Positions 28,313 to 36,996 are shown, numbered from the stretch's first letter. The stretch is 64,000 nt of DNA from an uncultured Clostridia bacterium (GCA_947623555.1 CANQGW010000001.1:20691-84690); one strand, 5' to 3'. Notes: generated by a model not told the origin, from the letters alone. Translations and numbers: made by a program.

Positions 28313-28355
28313 AAAGAACCATATTTCTTGTAAAGAATATGGTTCTTATTATTTT
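28313..28355. terminator. bidirectional hairpin terminator between glmS and the FGE-domain gene
   Basis: AAGAACCATATTTCTT..AAGAATATGGTTCTT forms a stem with T-rich flanks. Confidence 0.7.
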
Positions 28356-28368
28356 GTAGCCTCACTTC

Positions 28369-29764
28369 CTACTTTACATAAAGTACAACACGGAAACCGA
28401 AGCTAGGAATATCCTTGCTATCAGCCTTGTCAGCGCAACGGCGGGTTGAGATTGGATCTTCAAAACCGGTCGCGGTAAAAACTGCCACCACGAAGAACAG
28501 CGTATTTCGTACCGCTGGTTTTTCCATTACGATATCCATACTCTGTTGTCCACTCGTACATATTTCCTGCCATGTCATATATATTTTTTAATTTTGTATT
28601 GTCACTTGCTCCAGTTGCTATTTCTACATAATGATTATATGTGCATTTTGTATCGTTGACATAATTATAATATTTACTATTTGCATCGCTAGTTGCATCA
28701 GTCCAGTTTTTGGTATATCCAGACGTGAATGTTCTATATTGATAACTTTTTCCTGTACACCAGCCACTATCTGCTTTACCTTCATTTTTTCTTAAGTGTT
28801 CTGCCCATAAGCAATTATCTTCTGTTATTTGATTTTCTCCAGTACTATTTTTATAGTTTCCATGTTTTGTACTATCTTTTTCTATTCCTTCGTACTCTTT
28901 TGACATCCATGTTACAACTGTATCCCACGCCGTTCCATCTATTAATTGGCTTCTTACTCCGTAATTATCTCCACTATACATTCTTCCTGATACCTCTAAT
29001 GCATTTGGTTGACTTATTAAATTCCACGCTTGTACCCCCTTTTTACTTACTGGTTTTAAATTAGTACCTATATTATTTTTACTTTCTTGATATGTTTTAT
29101 TATCACTTGAAGCATCTACATAAAAATCTGCATTACTTGGTACTCCTGCTTCATATCTTCCTATATAAAATCCTTTATTTTCTTCTACACTTTTTTCATT
29201 TTCTGTTTCATCTGCTTCTTCTTTCCAGTCACTATATGCCCTATAATACCATGTGTTCCATCCAGCATCAGCTTCTCCACTTTCACTTTTATCTTCTACA
29301 TTATTGTTTATATCATTAGTATTTTCATTATTATATTCATGTTTTTTGTAATTACCATCTTCACAAGGTACCCACACAAATTCGTTTCCTTCTCTATCTG
29401 CTATTACTACTCCATTTTCTATTAGTTCTTCTTCTTTTACTTTAAACCCCTTTGGCACTGTCATTGTTTTTCCACTTTCATCTTTTATTTGCTTATTTAC
29501 CGTAAATATTGTTCCTTTTTGTATTGCTTCTTTTACTGTATCTGGCAAACTTTCTCTTTCAAACTCTTCTAATTGATTAACTAGTTTTCCTACAGCCTCT
29601 TGCTCTTGTTTTATAGATTCATCTGTTTTTTCTTTTGCCTTTTGTGCTCCGCTTATTATTCCATTATCTCCAAATACTGCTGTTATACTTACTCCTGCTA
29701 ATATTAATAAAACTACTATGGTTACTACTAATGCAATTAGCGTTATTCCTTTGTTTTTCAACAC
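28369..29764 (-). CDS. pilin-signal / FGE-sulfatase (C-type-lectin fold) domain surface protein; frame broken near the 3' end
   Basis: The N-terminus KGITLIALVVTIVVLLILAG is prepilin-like. The C-terminus reads DMAGNMYEWT...VLRGGSF, then a stop, and the remaining ...RRCADKADSKDIPSFGFRVVLYVK continues in the adjacent frame (track ORF 28369-28578). The shift must lie between 28463 and 28483; candidate sites are the A5 run 28477-28481 or the A4 run 28462-28465 at the interval edge. Confidence 0.7.
28385..28545 (-). other. GC-rich segment with adenine-free scaffold codons, resembling a DGR variable region
   Basis: GC is roughly 50% here against a ~28% background. The coding strand has A-free runs of 18 nt (28484-28501), 15 nt (28431-28445) and 19 nt (28385-28403) over LRGG, RRCA and FGFRVV. 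Arg is encoded by CGT/CGC here but mostly by AGA elsewhere. Confidence 0.35.
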
Positions 29765-29782
29765 TTTTTCCTCCTTTGCAAC

Positions 29783-29811
29783 TTTTCTTTAAGGTATATA
29801 CTTAAAGAAAA
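29783..29811. repeat. 29-bp lox/dif-like site, left copy (11-bp arm, GTATATA spacer, 11-bp arm)
   Basis: TTTTCTTTAAG GTATATA CTTAAAGAAAA is the exact reverse complement of 29973-30001. Confidence 0.7.
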
Positions 29812-29814
29812 TGC

Positions 29815-29860
29815 AAAAATGCTTGTAATAAGCTACACTGCCTAATTACAAGCATTTTTT
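29815..29860. terminator. strong bidirectional hairpin terminator inside the putative invertible segment
   Basis: AAAAATGCTTGTAAT...ATTACAAGCATTTTT forms a 15-bp stem with A/T tracts on both sides. Confidence 0.65.
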
Positions 29861-29930
29861 AAAGTTCAAAAAATGAGGAATTTTTAAAAATATTTTTCAA
29901 AAAATTTATATAAAACTTTGGTATTTTTCC

Positions 29931-29959
29931 TTGACATTGTAGGCTTTTATTGCTATCAT
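29931..29959 (+). promoter_or_regulatory. near-consensus sigma-A promoter inside the putative invertible segment, currently pointing away from the FGE gene
   Basis: TTGACA (29931-29936), a 17-nt spacer and TATCAT (29954-29959). Confidence 0.55.
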
Positions 29960-29972
29960 AAACATATAAAAA

Positions 29973-30001
29973 TTTTCTTTAAGTATATACCTTAAAGAAA
30001 A
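29973..30001. repeat. 29-bp lox/dif-like site, right copy (spacer TATATAC, inverted)
   Basis: TTTTCTTTAAG TATATAC CTTAAAGAAAA matches 29783-29811 at 29/29 as an inverted repeat. Confidence 0.7.
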
Positions 30002-30125
30002 TTTTTTGTGTTTTTTACCTATCAAATTACTTAAATTCATAGTAATATTTTTATTTCTTCATTAACTGCATTAGTAATACTATACAATAAAATAGTTTTA
30101 AATTTAGAGCATAGTAAGATATGGT

Positions 30126-30677
30126 TTATAGGCTTGGCTGTAAACGTGCTCCGCCTACAACATTAACTTTTCCACCATTTTGATTAAAAGTTTTTGTAGA
30201 ACCATCTGCACTCTTAATAGTACCTGTACCTCTTATTGTTAATGTTCCAGCTGTTACATTTATTGTTTTATTTATTTGCATTGTATTTGACTGTAAATCT
30301 ATTGTTACTGTTTTATTCATTTGTAACCCTGTCGTATCTTCTGTTACATTTTTTTGTAAAAATATTGTTCCTCCGCTATTATCTTTGCCATTATTTATAA
30401 CATCATCATACGCGCTTTTTAAAGTAGCATAATATTTTATATTTCCATTATTTATTATGCTGTAACTAAACTCTGTAGTCATTTGATTATAAATACCATA
30501 CTTATATTCTAAATCTTGCTCATAAACCTCTTTTATTTTTGGCATTGTTTTTAATTGACTTTTTCTTACAGATGCTGAACCCATAAATAATGCACTTATA
30601 ATAAATATGAAACTTAAAATAGTTACTATTGAATAAACAGTCATTGAACCTTTTTCATTGTTTAACCAATTTCTCAT
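30126..30677 (-). CDS. membrane-anchored hypothetical protein with a beta-helix-like C-terminus
   Basis: It has an N-terminal anchor (GSMTVYSIVTILSFIFIISALF) and C-terminal T/N/G-rich repeats (TVTIDLQSNTMQINKTINVTAGTLTIRGTGTI). I recognise no family. Confidence 0.5.
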   Translation of the reverse strand: MRNWLNNEKGSMTVYSIVTILSFIFIISALFMGSASVRKSQLKTMPKIKEVYEQDLEYKYGIYNQMTTEFSYSIINNGNIKYYATLKSAYDDVINNGKDNSGGTIFLQKNVTEDTTGLQMNKTVTIDLQSNTMQINKTINVTAGTLTIRGTGTIKSADGSTKTFNQNGGKVNVVGGARLQPSL

Positions 30678-30747
30678 TTGTTATTTCCTCATCTAATATG
30701 CTTTATGCATATTCTTTCTTTTTTATAATTATATAATAATTTAAAAG

Positions 30748-31995
30748 TTATTTATTGTCAATTGATTTTATCCATTTTACTCTTTCTTCGTGCAATTTTT
30801 TTCCAAATTGCTCTCCTTCTATTTTTGGATATTTATTTTTAATAAATTCTCCATTAATTTTGCTTAAACATTCTTTTCCAATTTTATCAAAAGTAATTGA
30901 ATTTAAAGTACTTTTCAAGTTACTTCTTGATTTATCACATGCAACTACTATTTTTAAGCCTTCTAAACCAAGCATGGAATTAGCAACATGTTCAATTAGT
31001 TCTACCTTTTTACTTGCGGACATTTCTTCAAAAATACCTGCTTTCATGTGCCACTTTGCTGCTATTTTTCCGCATTTAGCCCAAGATATTGGAATAGCTA
31101 TTCTATTTGCAAGTGTGTTTACTAATTTTACACCTCTTTCGTCATGCCCATAATGATGTGGTAAAATTTCTTTTGGTGTCTCTGATTTTCCTAAATCATG
31201 TACTAAACAGCTAAACCTAATAGATAAATTATTTGTTAATTTTGTGCTATTATCTACTGCTATCATAGTATGGTTATAGCTATCTCCTTCTGGGTGCCAC
31301 TTTATAGGTTGCACTTTTCCTATTAAATTTGCTATTTCTTTAAAATGTACATCTAACACTTGTGCATCTTTTAAAACATTAAAAAAGTTAGATGGGTTAT
31401 TGCTTGCTAATGCTTTTTTAAATTCTACAAATACTCTTTCTTTAGATAATGTAGCTAATTCATCTTTTAATAGTTTCATTTCTTTTAAAGTGTTTTGCTC
31501 TACTTTAAAGCCAAGTACTGCGGAGAACCTTGCAACTCTATATACCCTTAAAGGGTCTTCTTTAAATGCATTTGTAGTTTTTCTTAAGCAACCTATTTTT
31601 ATGTCTTCTATTCCGCCAAACGGGTCTATTATTTCGCCTGTTAGTACGTTTTGTGCTATGCTATTTATTGTTACATCCCTTCTTGCTAGGTCTTGCTCAA
31701 TAGTAACACTTTCGTCTGCAAAAAATTGAAAAGCTTTGTGACCTACTCCGCTTTTTCTTTCTTTTCTGGCAAGTGCAAATTCTTTATTGTTAAGTATAAA
31801 TACAGGAAAATCTTTTCCTTGCAGCTTTGCTTCTGGAAAAAGCATTTTAAATTTTTCTTTAGATAAACCTGTTATACAATAGTCTTCATCTGTAATAGGA
31901 AGATGTAAATATTTATTTCGTATGGCGCCACCTACTAAATATAGAGTGCCACCTTCGTTTTTTATTTTTTCTGCTATTTCACTAATACTTAACAT
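30748..31995 (-). CDS. cca: CCA-adding tRNA nucleotidyltransferase with HD domain
   Basis: LYLVGGAIRNKYL..DEDY is the PolyA_pol head, RDVTINS follows, and the HD motif VHDLGK is present. Confidence 0.85.
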   Translation of the reverse strand: MLSISEIAEKIKNEGGTLYLVGGAIRNKYLHLPITDEDYCITGLSKEKFKMLFPEAKLQGKDFPVFILNNKEFALARKERKSGVGHKAFQFFADESVTIEQDLARRDVTINSIAQNVLTGEIIDPFGGIEDIKIGCLRKTTNAFKEDPLRVYRVARFSAVLGFKVEQNTLKEMKLLKDELATLSKERVFVEFKKALASNNPSNFFNVLKDAQVLDVHFKEIANLIGKVQPIKWHPEGDSYNHTMIAVDNSTKLTNNLSIRFSCLVHDLGKSETPKEILPHHYGHDERGVKLVNTLANRIAIPISWAKCGKIAAKWHMKAGIFEEMSASKKVELIEHVANSMLGLEGLKIVVACDKSRSNLKSTLNSITFDKIGKECLSKINGEFIKNKYPKIEGEQFGKKLHEERVKWIKSIDNK

Positions 31996-32083
31996 TTTAA
32001 GAGAATCCTTTCATATAATTATTATACCATTTTATTGTTTTTTTAACAATGAAATATTATCTAAAACTTATTATTTATATGCC

Positions 32084-32112
32084 TTGACATTGCTAATATT
32101 TAAGAATAAAAT
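32084..32112 (+). promoter_or_regulatory. candidate sigma-A promoter of the oxidoreductase operon
   Basis: TTGACA (32084-32089), a 17-nt spacer and TAAAAT (32107-32112). Confidence 0.45.
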
Positions 32113-32149
32113 AAGTTTGAATAAATTTAAAGGAGGTAACAGCTTATTC

Positions 32150-32722
32150 ATGAAAGATTTAATTGAAATTAGATGGCATGGTAGAGGTGGCCAAGGTGCA
32201 AAAACCGCTTCACTTTTATTAGCAGACGCTGCTTTTAATACTGGAAAATATATTCAAGGTTTTCCTGAATATGGTCCAGAAAGAATGGGTGCACCTATTA
32301 CTGCATATAACCGTATTAGCAACAGCCCAATTCGTATCCATAGTAATATTTATGAACCTGACTATGTTGTAGTTGTTGATGATACCTTACTTGAAGCAGT
32401 AGATGTAACCGCTGGATTAAAAGAAGACGGCGCTATTGTTATTAATACTACAAAGAGTAAAGATGAAATTCAAAATATTTTATCTAATTACAAAGGAAAA
32501 ATTTATACTATTGATGCTAGAAGAATATCCATAGAAGCACTTGGAAAGTATTTTCCAAATACTCCAATGCTTGCTGCTATTGTTAAAGTTTCTGGCATTA
32601 TGGATGAAAAACAATTTTTAGAGGATATGAAGGGTTCTTTTGCACATAAATTTGCTAAAAAACCAGAGGTTATAGAGGGAAATATGAAAGCATTAGAGCT
32701 TGCATTAGAAGAAATTAATTAA
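32150..32722 (+). CDS. 2-oxoacid:ferredoxin oxidoreductase gamma subunit
   Basis: IRWHGRGGQGAKTAS is the gamma-subunit signature. I placed the start at the ATG at 32150 behind AAAGGAGG. The track ORF start at 31922 runs antisense through cca and I rejected it. Confidence 0.85.
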   Translation: MKDLIEIRWHGRGGQGAKTASLLLADAAFNTGKYIQGFPEYGPERMGAPITAYNRISNSPIRIHSNIYEPDYVVVVDDTLLEAVDVTAGLKEDGAIVINTTKSKDEIQNILSNYKGKIYTIDARRISIEALGKYFPNTPMLAAIVKVSGIMDEKQFLEDMKGSFAHKFAKKPEVIEGNMKALELALEEIN

Positions 32723-32762
32723 CTGCTAATTTTAAAATTGGTAGTTAGGAAGGAGATAAAAA

Positions 32763-33065
32763 ATGTCAACACAAATTGATAAAAATACACCTGCATCTAA
32801 AATGACAATTGGTGGCAACATTTATGAGGCAGGAAATGCATTAGAATTTAAAACTGGTGACTGGAGAAGTGTTAGACCTGTATATTTAAGTGAAAAATGT
32901 ACTCAATGTGGGCTATGCTTTCCAGTTTGCCCAGAAGACGCTATACCTGTAAATAAAGAAGGTAAACGTGAAGATTTTGATTTTGATTATTGCAAAGGAT
33001 GTGGAGTATGCGCAAAAGTATGCCCTTTTAAAGCAATTGAAATGGTAGATGAAGGAGGTAATTAA
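32763..33065 (+). CDS. 2-oxoacid:ferredoxin oxidoreductase delta subunit (2x[4Fe-4S])
   Basis: CTQCGLCFPVCP and CKGCGVCAKVCP are the two cluster motifs. Confidence 0.85.
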   Translation: MSTQIDKNTPASKMTIGGNIYEAGNALEFKTGDWRSVRPVYLSEKCTQCGLCFPVCPEDAIPVNKEGKREDFDFDYCKGCGVCAKVCPFKAIEMVDEGGN

Positions 33066-33067
33066 AT

Positions 33068-34249
33068 ATGGGAATTAGAGAAAGATTAAGTGGAAATGAA
33101 GCTGCAGCTATTGCAATGAAACAAATTAACCCTGATGTTGTTGCTGCATTTCCTATTACGCCTTCTACAGAAATACCACAATATTTTTCTACTTTTGTTA
33201 GTAACGGAACTGTTGATACTGAATTTGTGGCTGTAGAAAGTGAACATAGTGCAATGAGTGCTTGTGTTGGTGCAGAGGCAGCAGGAGCAAGAGCTATGAC
33301 TGCAACTTCTGCAAATGGATTATCTTATATGTGGGAAATGATTTATATTGCTTCTAGCTTAAGGCTTCCAATTGTAATGAGTTTAGTAAACCGTGCAGTT
33401 TCTGGACCATTAAATATTCATAATGATCATTCTGATGCAATGGGTGTACGTGATAGTGGTTGGATTATGCTATTTTCAGAGAATAATCAAGAAGCTTATG
33501 ATAACTTAATTATGGCTCACCGCATTGCAGAAAATAAAGATGTATTGCTTCCTTTAATGGTATGCCAAGATGGTTTTATTACATCTCATTCTATTGAAAA
33601 CATAGAGCTTATTGAAGATGATAAAGTAAAAGAGTTTGTAGGTACATATAAGCCTGAACATTATTTATTAAATGATAAAGAGCCAATTGCAATTGGTCCA
33701 CTTGATGTTCAAACTTATTTATTTGAACACAAGTATCAACAAGCAGAGGCTATGAGAAATGCTAAAAAAGTAATTAAAGAAGTAGCAGAAGATTTTGAAA
33801 AAATGACTGGTAGAAAATATTCTTTCTTTGAAGAGTATAAAATGGAAGATGCTGAAATTGGAATTGTTTGTATGAATTCTACAGCAGGAACAACAAAAAC
33901 AGTTGTTGATAGTTTAAGAGAAAATGGCGTTAAAGCTGGTATGGTTAAAGTACGTATGTTTAGACCATTTCCTGCAGAAGAATTAGCACAAGCTTTAGGT
34001 AATTTAAAAGCATTAGCTGTTATGGATAAGGCAGATTCTTTAAATGGTGCCGGTGGTGCTTTATTTGAAGATGTTGTATCTGGTATGTATACTGCTAAAA
34101 AGCAAGTACCTACTGTTAGTTATGTATATGGTATAGGTGGTAGAGATACTACTGCTAAAGATATTGAAGAAATATATAACTATTTGCAAGAAGTAGCTAA
34201 AACTGGAAATATAGATAACCCTTATCGTTATGTAGGCTTAAGAAAATAG
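33068..34249 (+). CDS. 2-oxoacid:ferredoxin oxidoreductase alpha subunit
   Basis: GNEAAAIAMKQINPDVVAAFPITPSTEI and the overall PorA/VorB-like sequence fit the alpha subunit. Confidence 0.9.
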   Translation: MGIRERLSGNEAAAIAMKQINPDVVAAFPITPSTEIPQYFSTFVSNGTVDTEFVAVESEHSAMSACVGAEAAGARAMTATSANGLSYMWEMIYIASSLRLPIVMSLVNRAVSGPLNIHNDHSDAMGVRDSGWIMLFSENNQEAYDNLIMAHRIAENKDVLLPLMVCQDGFITSHSIENIELIEDDKVKEFVGTYKPEHYLLNDKEPIAIGPLDVQTYLFEHKYQQAEAMRNAKKVIKEVAEDFEKMTGRKYSFFEEYKMEDAEIGIVCMNSTAGTTKTVVDSLRENGVKAGMVKVRMFRPFPAEELAQALGNLKALAVMDKADSLNGAGGALFEDVVSGMYTAKKQVPTVSYVYGIGGRDTTAKDIEEIYNYLQEVAKTGNIDNPYRYVGLRK

Positions 34250-34265
34250 AAAGGAGAAATGAAAA

Positions 34266-35219
34266 ATGGCATATAATTTAAAAGAAGTAATGGCAAATAA
34301 GCCATCTAGATTTACCGCAGGTCATAGAATGTGTGCTGGTTGTGGTGCTCCACCTATTGCAAGAATGGTTTTAAGAGCTTTAAAGCCAGAGGACCATGCT
34401 GTTATTAGCAATGCTACTGGTTGTATGGAGGTTTCTACTTTTATATATCCATACACAGCTTGGAAGGACTCTTTTATACATACTGCATTTGAGAACGCCG
34501 CTTCTACATGTTCTGGTGTTGAAGCTGCGTACAAGTCTTTGAAAAGGCAAGGAAAATTACCAGGAGATAAAACTACCAAGTTTATTACTTTTGGTGGAGA
34601 TGGTGGAACTTATGATATTGGTATTCAAGCACTTTCAGGAGCTATGGAAAGAGGTCATGACATGGTTTATGTTTGTTATGATAATGGTGCATATATGAAT
34701 ACTGGTATTCAGCGTTCTTCTGCAACACCTAAATTTGCAGATACTACCACATCACCTGCTGGTAAAGTTATTCCTGGTAAAATGCAAGCTAGAAAAGACT
34801 TAACAGAAGTAATGGAAGCACATCATTTACCTTATGTTGCACAAACTATTGCTTATGCAAATTTTAAAGATTTATATGAAAAGGCTGAAAAAGCAATTTA
34901 TACAGAAGGTCCATGTTTCTTAAATGTATTATCACCTTGCCCTAGAGGTTGGGGTTACCCTACAGATATGTTAATGGAAATTAATAAATTAGCTGTTGAA
35001 ACATGTTATTGGCCTTTATATGAAGTAGTAGATGGTAAATACAAAATTACATATAAACCTGCTAATAAATTACCAATTGAGGAATTTTTAAGACCACAAA
35101 AAAGGTTTAAGCATATGTTTGCTCCAGGAAATGAATGGATGATAGAAGAATTTCAAAAAGAAGTTGACAAACGTTGGAATGCACTTTTAGATTTAGAGAA
35201 AATGACCAATGAGGAATAA
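34266..35219 (+). CDS. 2-oxoacid:ferredoxin oxidoreductase beta subunit (TPP-binding)
   Basis: CAGCG and GGDGGTYDIG.......YDNGAYMNTG form the TPP motif. Confidence 0.9.
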   Translation: MAYNLKEVMANKPSRFTAGHRMCAGCGAPPIARMVLRALKPEDHAVISNATGCMEVSTFIYPYTAWKDSFIHTAFENAASTCSGVEAAYKSLKRQGKLPGDKTTKFITFGGDGGTYDIGIQALSGAMERGHDMVYVCYDNGAYMNTGIQRSSATPKFADTTTSPAGKVIPGKMQARKDLTEVMEAHHLPYVAQTIAYANFKDLYEKAEKAIYTEGPCFLNVLSPCPRGWGYPTDMLMEINKLAVETCYWPLYEVVDGKYKITYKPANKLPIEEFLRPQKRFKHMFAPGNEWMIEEFQKEVDKRWNALLDLEKMTNEE

Positions 35220-35228
35220 AATATTTTT

Positions 35229-35262
35229 AAGGCAATGGGGTTTCCCATTGCCTTATTTTTTT
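35229..35262. terminator. bidirectional hairpin terminator
   Basis: AAGGCAATGGGG TTT CCCATTGCCTT is followed by a T-run. Confidence 0.75.
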
Positions 35263-36142
35263 AATCTATTGAAATTAGTTCATAATTTGTAGTACCAATG
35301 CCAAGTTCTTCTGCATGTTCTACAGTATGAATTCCATGTTTTTCTTCAATTCTATTAATTAATCTTTGTTTTCCTTCATCTTGTGAATTATATACTAAAT
35401 CTAAACTTGCCTTATCTACCGCTACTGGGTCAAGTGATGCTGTTATTCCTATGTCTGCCATACATGGAGCTTCTGGGTTACTATCACAGTCACAGTCAAT
35501 AGATAAATTGTTTATTACATTAATATATACAATGTTACCTTTCATATAATCTATAACCGCTTCATCTGCTTCTGCCATAGACTCTAAAAAGTGATCTTGC
35601 TCTGGTAAATTAGCCCATAATTCATCTGGCACTCTTGTTTTTCCTGCTGTATGAATCCAAGCTTTTCCTGCTGATGATGCTACTCCAATTGACATATTTT
35701 TTAGTGCTCCTCCAAAGCCACCCATAGCATGACCTTTAAAGTGTGATAGCATAAGCATTGAGTCATAGTTTGCTAAATGTGCACCAACATAGTTTTCTTT
35801 TAAATGTAATCCGTTTTTTACTGGAATTGCCATGTCACCTTCTTCATCCATAATGTCTACATTTGCAATGTCTGTAAAGCCATGTTCTTTAATTGCTTTC
35901 CAATGCTCCGTGGTAGTATTTCTTCTTCCACTATATGCAGTATTACATTCTACAATTGTTCCGTTTAGCATGTTCACCAAATTTTTAATTAAATTTGGAT
36001 TTAAAAAGTTGTGCCCACCAGGCTCTCCTGTTGATATTTTTACGGCTACTTTTCCAGTTAAATTTTTTCCTACGCTTTCATAAATTTTAATTAGGCTCTC
36101 CGGTGTGATTTTGCTTGTAAAATACACTTTTGATTTTTCCAT
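35261..36142 (-). CDS. DUF362 domain protein
   Basis: KVAVKISTGEPGGHNFL and the C-terminal CDCDSNPEAPC fit my memory of DUF362. Confidence 0.7.
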   Translation of the reverse strand: MEKSKVYFTSKITPESLIKIYESVGKNLTGKVAVKISTGEPGGHNFLNPNLIKNLVNMLNGTIVECNTAYSGRRNTTTEHWKAIKEHGFTDIANVDIMDEEGDMAIPVKNGLHLKENYVGAHLANYDSMLMLSHFKGHAMGGFGGALKNMSIGVASSAGKAWIHTAGKTRVPDELWANLPEQDHFLESMAEADEAVIDYMKGNIVYINVINNLSIDCDCDSNPEAPCMADIGITASLDPVAVDKASLDLVYNSQDEGKQRLINRIEEKHGIHTVEHAEELGIGTTNYELISID

Positions 36143-36269
36143 TTTAATTCCTCATAATATGTTATTTACTAACATATTCTTTCTTTTAAATTTTGTTTAA
36201 AATGTATATCTCTTATTTGCTTTTATAATTATATCCAATTTTTACTTTTTTATCAATACTAAAATTACC

Positions 36270-36972
36270 CTATTTATTTATAATATCTTTTACAACCTCG
36301 CTTGCTATAATTAGCCCAGCTACTGATGGTACAAATGATATACTCCCCGGTACATGAGCTTTACCGGTTTTCTTCCAAGTTTTTTGTTTTTATTGGTTCT
36401 TCTTTTGAGTATACAACTTTTAAGCTTTTTATTCCTCGTGTACGTAGCTCTTTTCTCATTACTTTTGCCAAAGGGCATATACTTGTTTTATATATATCTG
36501 TTACCTCAAATTTTGTCGGGTCTAGTTTATTTCCTGTTCCCATACTTGATATTATGGGGATATTTAATTTATTTGCCCTTATAACTAATTCTATTTTAGC
36601 TGTTACTGTATCTATTGCATCTACTATATAGTCTACACTTTCATCTACTAGGTCTATACTTTCTGGCATAAAAAACTCTTGGTAAATTTGCACCTTTGCA
36701 TTTGGGTTTATTTCTAATATTCTTTGCTTTGCTACTTCTACTTTTGGTTTTTCAAGTGTTTTGGTAGTTGCAATTATCTGCCTATTTAAGTTAGATATGC
36801 TTACTACATCATTATCTACTAATACAAAATTTTCTATGCCAGCTCTTACTAAAGCTTCTACTACATAAGACCCTACTCCGCCAATTCCAAATATAGCTAC
36901 TTTTGATTTGTGTAATTTTTCTAGTGCTTTATTGCCAATTAATAATTCTGTTCTTGAAAATTCATTTTGCAT
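36270..36972 (-). CDS. tcdA: tRNA threonylcarbamoyladenosine dehydratase (ThiF family); one frameshift
   Basis: VAIFGIGGVGSYVVEALVRAGI is the Rossmann motif. The track ORF stops at 36361, but my translation of the adjacent frame continues as GKAHVPGSISFVPSVAGLIIASEVVKDIINK, the conserved TcdA C-terminus. The shift lies between 36364 and 36389, inside A-rich runs. Confidence 0.8.
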
Positions 36973-36996
36973 ATTTTTATTTGCTCTCCTTTTTAA

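Noticed and set aside
28369-28578. The 69-aa track ORF could be an independent gene.
   Set aside because: Its C-terminus (RRCA...FGFRVVL) is the missing end of the FGE domain of the upstream ORF. It is the frame-shifted tail of that ORF, not a separate gene.
31922-32149. A long N-terminal extension of the oxidoreductase gamma subunit (track start 31922).
   Set aside because: The extension runs antisense through the cca 5' end and across the promoter. A strong AAAGGAGG RBS and the canonical MKDLIEIRWHGRGGQG start are at 32150.
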